A stretch of DNA of 64,000 nt from a virus (IMGVR_UViG_3300028832_000095:64001-128000), one strand, 5' to 3'. Shown: positions 7,882 through 17,522, numbered from the stretch's first letter. The notes: a model not told the origin generated them from the letters alone. Translations and numbers: made by a program.

Positions 7882-8092
7882 GATAAGAGTGTTTAGGTTT
7901 GTTGATTTAGACGTTCATTCTTATCACCTGTAAAAGTATCTTTTGGTTTTTCGGTTTGCGTTTCCATTGGTAGCCATGCAGGTGCCTCCTTTCTTAAAAA
8001 TCAACTGAGGAAACAACACCTTTGGTGAATGGTGTGAAATACACCAGGCTCTGTGAAAACATTTACCTCACTTTCTGTTTTCACAGAGCTTT
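7882..8092 (+). ncRNA. structured trailer of tRNA operon with anti-SD elements
   Basis: GATAAGAGTG/CATTCTTATC, CACCTGTA/TGCAGGTG, CCTCCTTTCTT, 14-bp terminal hairpin. Confidence 0.45.
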
Positions 8093-8126
8093 CCTAAATT
8101 ATATCAATATTTCGGAGATGATAGAT

Positions 8127-8615
8127 ATGCGTGAAGATCTTATTCTAAGACTTAATGATAACATAGAATATTTAGAGGAATTAAAAAAGGTGTTACAGGA
8201 ATCTAAACCATCTAATATCGTTTTAGATTATTATGAAACATCTTATGTCGATACAATTGCAGATCACATCTACAAACCTAGGGCAGTATTTGATATACCA
8301 GAACCTTGTGAGAAGTGTAATGGAACAGGCGTTATTCAAGTATCTTCCGATAAAGATATTCACTATAAAATGTGTGATTGTTTCTATTCAACAAGGAAGT
8401 ATGTTGTAGAACCCCTTGCAGTAAGATCCATTGTAGATGCCGAAACACCTTATTATATGTGTTTTGACGGACTTGATATTATTTGTATTCCAATTCAAAG
8501 CGTAAAGAATTCTTTTTGTGTTGAAGATGTATATAATGAATATTATTATAAGAATAAAGAGGACTGTGAGAAAGCCTGTGATTGCTTGAATGGGGGTTGT
8601 ATAAATGACAAATAA
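8127..8615 (+). CDS. hypothetical protein with DnaJ-like Cys motif
   Basis: CEKCNGTG; start moved to ATG behind GGAG. Confidence 0.6.
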   Translation: MREDLILRLNDNIEYLEELKKVLQESKPSNIVLDYYETSYVDTIADHIYKPRAVFDIPEPCEKCNGTGVIQVSSDKDIHYKMCDCFYSTRKYVVEPLAVRSIVDAETPYYMCFDGLDIICIPIQSVKNSFCVEDVYNEYYYKNKEDCEKACDCLNGGCINDK

Positions 8616-8946
8616 TAAAAACTCAACACGTTATTATAGTGACAGACATGAAAAAAGAACTGCTAAGAATATCGGCGCAAAGGTTCAAACAAGCAGCGGA
8701 TCAAGTTCTTTTCTAAAAGGTGATGTTATTTCTGCAAAATGTCTTATCGAGTGTAAAACAAGCACATCCGAGAAGAAATCATTTTCAATCAAAAAAGAAT
8801 GGTTGGAGAAGTTGGAAGAACAGTGTTTTGCAATGGGAAAGAAACATCCGATATTAGTGTTTGACTTTGGTGACGGTAATAATTACTACATTCTAAACGA
8901 ACAGATGATAAGGAAGTTTGTTGAATTTTTAGATGGTGAAGAATAA
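8605..8946 (+). CDS. small PD-(D/E)xK nuclease (Hjc/resolvase-like)
   Basis: E..SGS..KGDV..LIECK. Confidence 0.65.
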   Translation: MTNNKNSTRYYSDRHEKRTAKNIGAKVQTSSGSSSFLKGDVISAKCLIECKTSTSEKKSFSIKKEWLEKLEEQCFAMGKKHPILVFDFGDGNNYYILNEQMIRKFVEFLDGEE

Positions 8947-8952
8947 GAAAAT

Positions 8953-9031
8953 AAACCTTGCTAATTTTTAGCAAGGTTTTTCATTTATTTTTTATAAAAC
9001 ACTTGACTTTTTTGTGTAAATGTGTTATACT
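8953..9031 (+). promoter_or_regulatory. terminator + sigma-A promoter
   Basis: AAACCTTGCTA/TAGCAAGGTTT; TTGACT(9003)-N17-TATACT. Confidence 0.8.
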
Positions 9032-9071
9032 GTAATTACAGATTTTTAGTTTACAGGAGGTATATTATTGT

Positions 9072-11309
9072 ATGGAAACATTGGCAGTAAAGTATAGACC
9101 TAAGACATTTGATGATATGGTAGAACAAAGTGTTGTAAAAGACATTTTGATGAATCATATTAAGGAGAAGAAAGTAAGAAATGGTTATCTGTTTAGCGGA
9201 AGCGCTGGCTGCGGAAAAGCACAACCTTTGTATAGCAAGGTACTAACTCCTAAAGGTTACATTGCTATGGGTGAGGTTTCTGAAGGAACAGAAGTTATAA
9301 CACATACGGGATCAGTTGCATCCGTTTCGGAAGTATTTCCACAGGGAGAACGTGACATTTATGAGATACAGTTTAGTGATAGAACAAGTATTCGTGTGGC
9401 AGATAATCACCTAAATGTTGTATATAGGTACAATCAAAATAAGAAAATGAGAGAAGATTTTGTATTAACAACAATGGAGCTTATAGAACTATTAAAAAAA
9501 TCTAAAGATAAGATTAGAGTTGACCTTCCTGTGGTTGACTTTGATAAGACGGATGTTCCAATTGATCCATATCTATTAGGTTGCTTAATAGGTGACGGAT
9601 CACTCCATAATAATTTTGGTTTTTCTAATTCAGAAAAAGATGTTATTGATAAAGTATCCGGTATAGTTAGTAAGTATGATTGTTGCTTAGTACACAAATC
9701 TGGTTGTGATTATGCTATAAGTAGAACAACAGATTCTTTTAAAAATTACTATGTTTTTGAAGGAATTACTTATAAAGGACCTTATAAATTGATTGATAGA
9801 CTTGTTGAATTGGGTTATCCGAAATTTGATTCTGAAACAATTTTACAATTATCTTGCAATAAGGCGAAGATTATAGTTTCTAGGTATCCTGAACTCATCG
9901 GTAAAATAACCAAGATAACCAATGAAAATTATAATCAGCAAAATAAACTTTTAACACTCATAAAGAATATGGGTCTTGACGTTGGATCTAAGGACAAATT
10001 TATACCGAAAGAATATCTTATAAATGATGCCAATACAAGACTTCAAATTTTACGAGGTCTTTATGATACCGATGGATATACATCGTCTGGTGGGGAAACA
10101 AGTTTCTCCACATCTAGTAAAAAACTGTCCGATGATTTTGCTTTTTTAGTTAGATCTTTGGGTTGTCGTGATACGGTTATTGTTAAAAAATGTGGATACA
10201 GAAATCCAAATGGTGATTATGTAGAGTGTAGCAATAGTTATGAGCACTATATTAAATTTCCAAATAATTTAGTATATTGTTCTTCTGAAAAACATTTAGC
10301 TAGACGTAAAGAAAGACAACACGATCCAATCAAGAGTATTGTAGATATTAAATATGTAGGAAAAGAATTTTGTCAGTGTATTTATGTAGATCATGAAGAT
10401 CATACATACATTTCGGATGATTTTATTCCTACACATAATACAACCTCGGCACGTTGTTTCGCAAAGAGTCTTAATAGTTCTATAACAGAGCTTGACGCAG
10501 CTTCCCATAGTAGTGTGGATGATGTAAGGGATCTTATTAAAGATTCAAGACTGAAACCGATGGGAACTGATTATAGAGTATACATCATAGATGAAGCGCA
10601 TTCGCTTAGTAATCAGGCTTGGCAAGCTCTACTCAAGACATTGGAAGAGCCAACACCAACAAGCATTTTTATTTTTGCTACAACAGATCCTCAAAAAATT
10701 CCAAATACAATTTTATCCAGAATTCAAAGGTATAACTTCAAAAGAATTTCACATAAAGGAATTGTAAACAGATTAAAATACATACTTGATTCTGAAAATA
10801 AGAATGGTTGTAACTATACATATACCGAAGATGCCATTGATTATATCGCAAAATTATCTGAGGGTGGTATGAGAGATTCCATAACACTTATGGAGAAGTC
10901 ATTAGGTTATTCTGATAATCTTACAATGGAATCTGTAACAAAGGCTCTCGGAACTGTTGACTATGAAACAATGTTCACACTCACGGACAGCATTTATAAT
11001 ATGGACAGAAAATGTGTTATTTCGTGTATTGAGGAAACACATAGGGAAGGTCTTGATCTAAAACAGTTTATCAAGAATTATAGCTTTTTTGTTCTTGACC
11101 TTTGTAAATATGATGTATTTAGGTCTTTTGAGTATCTTCAGATGCCGAATACATATGAAGATAGGATGAAGAAGTATACACCAGATCACTATAAGTTCTT
11201 TACAGACTTACTCAATACAGTAATGCAACTCAATACAGATATTAAATGGGAATCTACTCCGAAGCCACTTATTGAATCAACACTTGTTCTTCTTTGTTCG
11301 GAGGGGTGA
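9072..11309 (+). CDS. dnaX: DNA polymerase III gamma/tau clamp-loader subunit, intein-containing
   Basis: LAVKYRPKTF, GCGK|TT, ELDAAS, IIDEAH, LLKTLEEP, TILSR, GGMRD. Confidence 0.93.
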   Translation: METLAVKYRPKTFDDMVEQSVVKDILMNHIKEKKVRNGYLFSGSAGCGKAQPLYSKVLTPKGYIAMGEVSEGTEVITHTGSVASVSEVFPQGERDIYEIQFSDRTSIRVADNHLNVVYRYNQNKKMREDFVLTTMELIELLKKSKDKIRVDLPVVDFDKTDVPIDPYLLGCLIGDGSLHNNFGFSNSEKDVIDKVSGIVSKYDCCLVHKSGCDYAISRTTDSFKNYYVFEGITYKGPYKLIDRLVELGYPKFDSETILQLSCNKAKIIVSRYPELIGKITKITNENYNQQNKLLTLIKNMGLDVGSKDKFIPKEYLINDANTRLQILRGLYDTDGYTSSGGETSFSTSSKKLSDDFAFLVRSLGCRDTVIVKKCGYRNPNGDYVECSNSYEHYIKFPNNLVYCSSEKHLARRKERQHDPIKSIVDIKYVGKEFCQCIYVDHEDHTYISDDFIPTHNTTSARCFAKSLNSSITELDAASHSSVDDVRDLIKDSRLKPMGTDYRVYIIDEAHSLSNQAWQALLKTLEEPTPTSIFIFATTDPQKIPNTILSRIQRYNFKRISHKGIVNRLKYILDSENKNGCNYTYTEDAIDYIAKLSEGGMRDSITLMEKSLGYSDNLTMESVTKALGTVDYETMFTLTDSIYNMDRKCVISCIEETHREGLDLKQFIKNYSFFVLDLCKYDVFRSFEYLQMPNTYEDRMKKYTPDHYKFFTDLLNTVMQLNTDIKWESTPKPLIESTLVLLCSEG
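9219..10439 (+). mobile_element. Ala-starting (class 3-type) intein with LAGLIDADG endonuclease
   Basis: AQPLYSKVLTP..CQCIYV..IPTHN/T; LLGCLIGDG and LRGLYDTDG; 407 aa inside the P-loop. Confidence 0.9.
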
Positions 11310-11311
11310 TT

Positions 11312-12160
11312 ATGTATATCTGTGGACAAAAAGAATTATTAAGTAGGATTGATTCTTTAATAGGTAGAAATAGATTTCCAAGATTTTGTATTTTAGTTGC
11401 ACCGGAAGGATATGGAAAAAAGGTATTATCTGAGTATATTGCAAACGAGCTTGAATGTACTTTTGTTCCATGTGAAACAAAAGTAGAGAGTGTTAGAGAA
11501 ACAATCTATAATTCTTATAACATATCATCTAAGATGCTTTATATGTTTTTCGATTGTGATGATATGTCTGTAAACTCTAAGAATGCGTTATTGAAAGTAA
11601 CGGAGGAACCACCAAATAATGCTTATTTCATAATGACAGTACAGAATCTATCTACTGTGCTACCAACGATCATAAGTAGAGCAACAATATTCAATCTTGA
11701 AAATTATTCTATTTCCGAACTGGAAGAATATGTAAAACAAAATAAGTATGAATTTGATAAGGAAACAAAAAAGATCATATATCAAGTATCAACTTGTCCG
11801 AAGGACATAACCACATATACAGAGGTTAATTTGAAAGAAGTATATAGTCTTGCGGATAAGTTCATACAGTATATCGGTTCTGTATCACTGTATAATGAGT
11901 TTAAGATAGGGTATTCGTTGAACATAAAAACAGAAACAGATAAGGTTGATCCTGTTCTGTTTATGCGGTGTATTATGTTCGTGTGTATGGATTATATTGA
12001 ACGTGGTTGTGAAAAAGAAGATTATAAAATATTCAATACAATAATAAAGCAAACAAGCAAATACCTTTCAGAGCTATGTCAAAAAGGAAGCAGTAAGCAA
12101 ATCGTTATTGACAACTGGATATTAAACACTCACCTTGAAATATCCGGAGGTGCATTATGA
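11312..12160 (+). CDS. holB: clamp-loader delta-prime-like subunit
   Basis: GYGKK, NALLKVTEEPP, LPTIISR. Confidence 0.8.
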   Translation: MYICGQKELLSRIDSLIGRNRFPRFCILVAPEGYGKKVLSEYIANELECTFVPCETKVESVRETIYNSYNISSKMLYMFFDCDDMSVNSKNALLKVTEEPPNNAYFIMTVQNLSTVLPTIISRATIFNLENYSISELEEYVKQNKYEFDKETKKIIYQVSTCPKDITTYTEVNLKEVYSLADKFIQYIGSVSLYNEFKIGYSLNIKTETDKVDPVLFMRCIMFVCMDYIERGCEKEDYKIFNTIIKQTSKYLSELCQKGSSKQIVIDNWILNTHLEISGGAL

Positions 12161-13098
12161 ATTTAATGGAATTGAAATCAAGTATGGCAAACAAAGATAT
12201 ACACAATTTGTATATTTTTTATGGCGCGGAATATGCCATACTTGAAATATATATCAAGAAACTGAAAGATATTGTAGGTGGTCAGTATGTTCAATATGAT
12301 GATGTAGCATCATTATACAGAACACTAGACAAGAAAGATATGTTTGGATCCCAAAAGAAGTTTGTTCTTATTAGGGAGGACAAAGATTTTTTAACATCTG
12401 AATCTATGTGGAAAGACTTTGAATCTAAACTAAGTAAGAAGGATATAACACTTGTATTGAAATATTCCAGTATAGACCAACGATCTAAGTTCTCAAAAGC
12501 ATTTTCTGACAGGATGACTGAGTTTACATACCTCTCAAAAGAAGTTCTTACAAAGTATATCAAAAAAGAAATTGATATTACTGATTCTTGCTGTCAGTAT
12601 TTGTGTGATATTACACATAATGATTATGGTAGGATTCTTTTAGAAGTAGACAAAGTAAAAAGTTATGCACAGATAAAGAATATTTCCGATATGGATGCAT
12701 TCAAACAGTGTTATAGTGAGAATGTATTTCATTGTGATGTTGAAGGTGAAGTATACGATCTTGTAAATGCCATAATGATTCGCAGTATAAAGGATATTCA
12801 TTATCTGTTACAGGAATCGAAAGAACGTAAAGATAATCCAATCATGGTATTAGCAATTCTCCATAATAATGTAAGAACTCTTTTACAGTTACAGTTAGCC
12901 GGAGATGTAAAGGATCTGGCAGATCGAACAGGACTTACTGGTTTTCAGATAAAGAATGGAAAACAGTTTGTAGGTGTTTATGACAATAAAGAACTTGTGA
13001 GATTTATGAAGTATATTAGATACTGTGAAAAAGGAATAAAAAATGGACTGTTGAATTCGGACAATGCCATTGATTATTTACTGATAAATGTTCTGTGA
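12157..13098 (+). CDS. holA: clamp-loader delta-like subunit
   Basis: LYIFYGAE, IDQRSKF, EVDKV, VYDLVNAI; synteny with dnaX/holB. Confidence 0.75.
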   Translation: MNLMELKSSMANKDIHNLYIFYGAEYAILEIYIKKLKDIVGGQYVQYDDVASLYRTLDKKDMFGSQKKFVLIREDKDFLTSESMWKDFESKLSKKDITLVLKYSSIDQRSKFSKAFSDRMTEFTYLSKEVLTKYIKKEIDITDSCCQYLCDITHNDYGRILLEVDKVKSYAQIKNISDMDAFKQCYSENVFHCDVEGEVYDLVNAIMIRSIKDIHYLLQESKERKDNPIMVLAILHNNVRTLLQLQLAGDVKDLADRTGLTGFQIKNGKQFVGVYDNKELVRFMKYIRYCEKGIKNGLLNSDNAIDYLLINVL

Positions 13099-13109
13099 GG
13101 TGTTATATA

Positions 13110-13292
13110 ATGAGTTCTGAGAATAGCAATATAGATGATAAAGTTATTTATTGTAGAAGATGTGGAAGACCACTAAAAGGTTTTTCAAGTCGTGAACTTG
13201 GTTTCGGTCCTAGATGTTATTCGTTATGGAAAAAGGAACGGAACCAACAGATGCCATTATTTGACAGTAAGGAGATAGACAAGAATGAATGA
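13110..13292 (+). CDS. small zinc-finger protein (DUF6011-like)
   Basis: CRRCGRPL..S..LGFGPRC. Confidence 0.65.
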   Translation: MSSENSNIDDKVIYCRRCGRPLKGFSSRELGFGPRCYSLWKKERNQQMPLFDSKEIDKNE

Positions 13293-14031
13293 TAGTGGAA
13301 TAGAGAAAGGGAAACAAAGAAGCAAGGGAGTTATGGAGATCGAACATAGATTAACGTGGCTTGCAGAAAATGACCCTTATAATGAAGAAATGTATAAGCT
13401 ATTAAAATCATTAGCCGGGATATTCATAAATCAAAATAAATTTGTATATGGATATAGTGGTGTTGATGATGTTTGTCATGATGTAGCAGCGGATGTGTGG
13501 ATGAGTGTTCTGAATGGTAAAAAGATAAACGCTTGGATATATTATATCGGAAAGATGATAAAACTAACCTATGTCACAAGACAAAAAAAGATTGAGCATG
13601 AAATTATAAATGTTGAACATGATCCTCACCTGAGAGAAAATGTCAAAAAGATGTGTGCCAGTTCATCTATGTCATGTGTTAAAGAATTTGATGATATGGA
13701 ACGTAGACTGATGCTTGAAAATGTTCCTGCAATGATACAGCGAACAATGTCACATACAAAGTTCACACAAGGTACAAAAGAGTGGCTTGGTGTTTATACA
13801 AATGTCTGTCTTAATCTTCTTAAAGACATTGAACGTAAGCCCAGAAAGTATTTTAGAATTGATGACTCTTTAATACCTTATGTGGATATTATCATCGAGC
13901 AGTTTAAGAAAGATTTTAGAGTATCCGGTTTTAATTCATCAATTATGGATAATGTAGAAACGGATCTTGAAATGACACTTCTTGCAGACGAATCCTTTAT
14001 GAAAGAGAATGGGGGTCACTACAATGTCTGA
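13285..14031 (+). CDS. putative sigma-factor-like protein
   Basis: VDDVCHDVAADVW..INAWIYYI resembles ECF sigma region 2. Confidence 0.4.
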   Translation: MNDSGIEKGKQRSKGVMEIEHRLTWLAENDPYNEEMYKLLKSLAGIFINQNKFVYGYSGVDDVCHDVAADVWMSVLNGKKINAWIYYIGKMIKLTYVTRQKKIEHEIINVEHDPHLRENVKKMCASSSMSCVKEFDDMERRLMLENVPAMIQRTMSHTKFTQGTKEWLGVYTNVCLNLLKDIERKPRKYFRIDDSLIPYVDIIIEQFKKDFRVSGFNSSIMDNVETDLEMTLLADESFMKENGGHYNV

Positions 14032-14407
14032 GAACGCTAATGAGATTATTGGCAGATTAAAGGACAGGGATGTATATTCTATTCTGTGTAGTCTTCTTTT
14101 TGATATTAGACATATTCCTCAGTATTCAACATTATCTGAATTATGTTATATTTTGGATGTTGATTCGTTCTTAAATCTTATTCAGTATATGGAGGGTAAG
14201 ACAATCACGATTCCTACAAAAAAAGAATTCGCAGATTGCATTCAAACACTTAGACTGTTTCAGTATTCTGAGATTGAAAAAAGACCTTGGAAAGATTGTG
14301 TGTTGTTGGCGGGTTTCAAACCGGGTGAGGGAAAACTTGCTAAATGTAAGCTCAACAGACTTTTGCAAACACTTGAAGAAACAAATATTGGTAACAGAGA
14401 ATATTAA
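14024..14407 (+). CDS. Mor-like transcription regulator (putative)
   Basis: DSFLNLIQYMEGKTITIPT resembles the Mor motif. Confidence 0.4.
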   Translation: MSENANEIIGRLKDRDVYSILCSLLFDIRHIPQYSTLSELCYILDVDSFLNLIQYMEGKTITIPTKKEFADCIQTLRLFQYSEIEKRPWKDCVLLAGFKPGEGKLAKCKLNRLLQTLEETNIGNREY

Positions 14408-14412
14408 GGTGG

Positions 14413-14694
14413 TTGCATATGACAAATGGTATAATATTGGATTGCTGTGAAACGCTTGAAAATAGATTAAATAGTAATATGTCAAAAGAGGATTTCTTCA
14501 TATCTTGTGTGAAAGAGAAAATGAATAAGATATACAATCGAGAAAATGAAGATTATGACACATTGCTGCGGAAATTAGAAGTGTATATTGATTATAACGA
14601 TCCACAAGGGGTTAAACAGTGCGTAGTTAAAATATTAAAACTTCTATCAAAGAATAGAAAAGTATTATTACATACATTAAAGGAGTTGAGTTAA
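14413..14694 (+). CDS. hypothetical protein
   Basis: ORF with RBS in operon. Confidence 0.55.
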   Translation: MHMTNGIILDCCETLENRLNSNMSKEDFFISCVKEKMNKIYNRENEDYDTLLRKLEVYIDYNDPQGVKQCVVKILKLLSKNRKVLLHTLKELS

Positions 14695-14695
14695 A

Positions 14696-15127
14696 TTGGC
14701 AAGGTTAAAAGGCAGTGTTTCTTCAAAAGAAGCTAAGACAATCTCACAGGAAATAGAGCAAATACAAGGAAGTTCATATAGATACAATTTTGATTTTCTT
14801 AGGCTTATCGAACTTCTGATATCTTATAAAATAGCTGAATCTGTTGCAGAATATAAGAAAGATACTCCATTAGATGAAATGTCCGTCACAGTAGAAATAC
14901 CACTTATAGGGGAACTTGAAATAGTTCCAAGGTATTTTCATGAAAAACATAGACTGACAGACGAACCCTCTTTACATTTTGATTTTAATTTCACTCCGAC
15001 AAGTGCTTTCAAATCTGATGTTATGAGGGCTTTTACAGTAAAGGATTGTGATCTAAAAGATGTAGCTGCTTCTATATACTCAGATAGATTACAGGAGCTA
15101 TATAAGAGATTTCAGAATGGAGAATAA
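14696..15127 (+). CDS. possible HU/IHF-fold protein
   Basis: VEIPLIGELEIVPR..FTPTSAFK resembles the HU beta-arm. Confidence 0.3.
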   Translation: MARLKGSVSSKEAKTISQEIEQIQGSSYRYNFDFLRLIELLISYKIAESVAEYKKDTPLDEMSVTVEIPLIGELEIVPRYFHEKHRLTDEPSLHFDFNFTPTSAFKSDVMRAFTVKDCDLKDVAASIYSDRLQELYKRFQNGE

Positions 15128-15129
15128 AT

Positions 15130-15672
15130 ATGGAAGAGAATGTTCTTAAATTAAAGGAACCGGAAGCATCATCAAAAGCACTTATGAAGCAGTTGGCAGA
15201 CAATGATCCAGAATTACTTGTTGACATAAACGGTGAACAACTTGTAGCACGAACAAAACTGTTTGTTATTGCACAAGCAAGAAACAATCTAAATAGAATA
15301 ATCAAACTTACTAACTTCTTGGAAAAACTGGAAGATAAGTTTATAGAAGCTGTTAGCAACAGACTTGAAAACGAACCTGAAAGTATTTCTATGATCTCCC
15401 TTGCAATGGAAACAATAAGCAAGTGTTTAGCGGATGCAAATGAAACAGTTACACAAGTATTGAAGGATGACAGACTACAAAACATAGTTATCAATACTAC
15501 AAATATTATAACACCTGATGGACAGTCTGCAACCGTTGTTGATGCTGATTCCAGAGATGCAATTAGAAACCTTGCCGGAAGTTTGTTATCTCAATTGTCT
15601 AAACTATCTGATGAAACAGAACAGCAGGTAGTTGATGTAGAATATAAGGAAGAGGGCAGTAAAGATGTTTGA
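15130..15672 (+). CDS. hypothetical helical protein (weak terminase small subunit resemblance)
   Basis: Helical core followed by NIVINTTN segment; weak. Confidence 0.3.
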   Translation: MEENVLKLKEPEASSKALMKQLADNDPELLVDINGEQLVARTKLFVIAQARNNLNRIIKLTNFLEKLEDKFIEAVSNRLENEPESISMISLAMETISKCLADANETVTQVLKDDRLQNIVINTTNIITPDGQSATVVDADSRDAIRNLAGSLLSQLSKLSDETEQQVVDVEYKEEGSKDV

Positions 15673-16177
15673 TGAATTTAGGGAACTACATGATAACAGA
15701 GAAAGTGACAGTATTCAATATTTCTCTTTTTATGATATAGAAGGTAGTCTAATCCGAGGAGATTCAATTTCCGTATCAATAGATGAAAACGGGCAGTTTA
15801 ATGAACTTTCCGTAACGGTTGACAATATCACAACCACATATGAAAGAAATCTATATACTTATACAACTGAATGCTTATATGTTCTCGGTATAGGTTTTCT
15901 ACTTCCAGGTGACATTGTTAAATTAAAAATAGATTATTGTAAAGAATATGAGCTTAACTATGGTTGGCATACAAATGTATCAGGTCAAACTATATATTCT
16001 TGGTATCTTGTTCCACATCCTGTAAAAGATTATTTCAAAGAAGATAGACAAGGACTTTTTCACAATGTAGATCCAAATATAACAAATACTGGAATTCTAA
16101 CATTTTATAAGGAATATTTAGATACAATAGAAGTTGTGGAGTTTAGAAAGGACAGAAACTCATTCAGCATTATTTGA
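15665..16177 (+). CDS. hypothetical protein
   Basis: Coupled ORF. Confidence 0.6.
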   Translation: MFDEFRELHDNRESDSIQYFSFYDIEGSLIRGDSISVSIDENGQFNELSVTVDNITTTYERNLYTYTTECLYVLGIGFLLPGDIVKLKIDYCKEYELNYGWHTNVSGQTIYSWYLVPHPVKDYFKEDRQGLFHNVDPNITNTGILTFYKEYLDTIEVVEFRKDRNSFSII

Positions 16178-16187
16178 GGTGATATGA

Positions 16188-17516
16188 ATGGCGTATGCGG
16201 TTAGCACATCATACCCGAATGTTATTAGAAGCGGTGATCCACTTCTAATTAGACTTAATGAATATGCTTTATTAGCTGGAAATAATAATTTCTGGGCTAA
16301 GTTTAAGTTCGGTATACAATTCAAAGGATATCTCATCTATGTTTCTGGAATTAGTATGCCTATAATGGAAATTAAATTTGAAGAGAATCAACTCAACGGA
16401 ACAGGTGGAACAAAAAGAAGTGATGCATTTCAACTTGACATTATACACAGATCGGCAAAAGAATGGTTTGATGATCTAGAAGAACAGTTAGCAAATAAAC
16501 CAAATGACGATTCCTTAAAGAAAGCTATTGATAGGTTTTGTTGGCAGATGCACTATGACATTACAGAATCTCCGACCAATTTTGCAACTACATTTGCTGA
16601 AGATGATTTCTCCAATGTTCGTATTGATACAAAAACAATATCTACATTCAACACACTCCCTGATACAGTTGAAGATGGATGTGTTCTTGTTAGAGATTCT
16701 ATTAAAGGAACTTCTGATGGTACATTATCTTATGCTATGAATAAGGTGGCTGAGAACCTTAGAGGAACAGGTGAATACACTATATCTAAGGCATTGCGTG
16801 ACAGTGATGATTCTACTGCTTATGGTGGAACTGTAAGATCTGTTTCATGTTCTGTAAAATTACAGACCGATGTTGAAGAAGCAAATTTTAATGAAATCAG
16901 CGTAAATCAATTAGGTGCATTTGGCGTTACAAATAGTCATAGAACATTATACGATACTGTTGGTTCTTATGCAGCTTCTGGAAATGATACACTTTCAGGA
17001 ACATTAAATACAGTTGATACAAAGATTGGAACAAATAGTGATTCTTCCTCAACCACCGTTTTTGGTGGAGTAAATAAAACTCTTGACAGAATCGGTCAAT
17101 TCAAAGACAATGCGTATCCGGGAGGAGTTTCAGATAGTTCTGTAACATTGTTTGGTTTGATCGGAGATAGTGATAGAGATGGTAAAAATCTACCTAGTGA
17201 CAATTATAAGACAGTTATGTATAATATTCTTAGAAGATCCGGTTCAAGAGACATGAATGGTGCATTGTTACAGTCTAACTCTGTCGCACAGAAGATAATT
17301 GATGGTGCCGGTTCTGGATCAACATCTACGATCAATACAATAGACACAAATGTTAGTACGATTATGTCAAGACTTGGTACACCTTCTTCCGGCAACACTA
17401 TTTGGAGTGGTATTGATTGGATTAGTGGATCCGTTGTTAATCAGAATGTAAACGGTGCAACATTTAGAGTTTCAAGATCAACATTACCTGTAAATTATGA
17501 ATCAAATTTGTGGTGA
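16188..17516 (+). CDS. putative virion fibre-like protein
   Basis: G/S/T/D/N-rich with recurring (K/R)(I/L)G..S..T(V/L/I)(F/W) units. Confidence 0.4.
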   Translation: MAYAVSTSYPNVIRSGDPLLIRLNEYALLAGNNNFWAKFKFGIQFKGYLIYVSGISMPIMEIKFEENQLNGTGGTKRSDAFQLDIIHRSAKEWFDDLEEQLANKPNDDSLKKAIDRFCWQMHYDITESPTNFATTFAEDDFSNVRIDTKTISTFNTLPDTVEDGCVLVRDSIKGTSDGTLSYAMNKVAENLRGTGEYTISKALRDSDDSTAYGGTVRSVSCSVKLQTDVEEANFNEISVNQLGAFGVTNSHRTLYDTVGSYAASGNDTLSGTLNTVDTKIGTNSDSSSTTVFGGVNKTLDRIGQFKDNAYPGGVSDSSVTLFGLIGDSDRDGKNLPSDNYKTVMYNILRRSGSRDMNGALLQSNSVAQKIIDGAGSGSTSTINTIDTNVSTIMSRLGTPSSGNTIWSGIDWISGSVVNQNVNGATFRVSRSTLPVNYESNLW

Positions 17517-17522
17517 TATTAA

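Noticed and set aside
6469-8126. ORFs 6469..6672, 7374..7583, 7733..7933 and the 8022 start extension
   Set aside because: They overlap tRNAs or structured RNA and lack an RBS.
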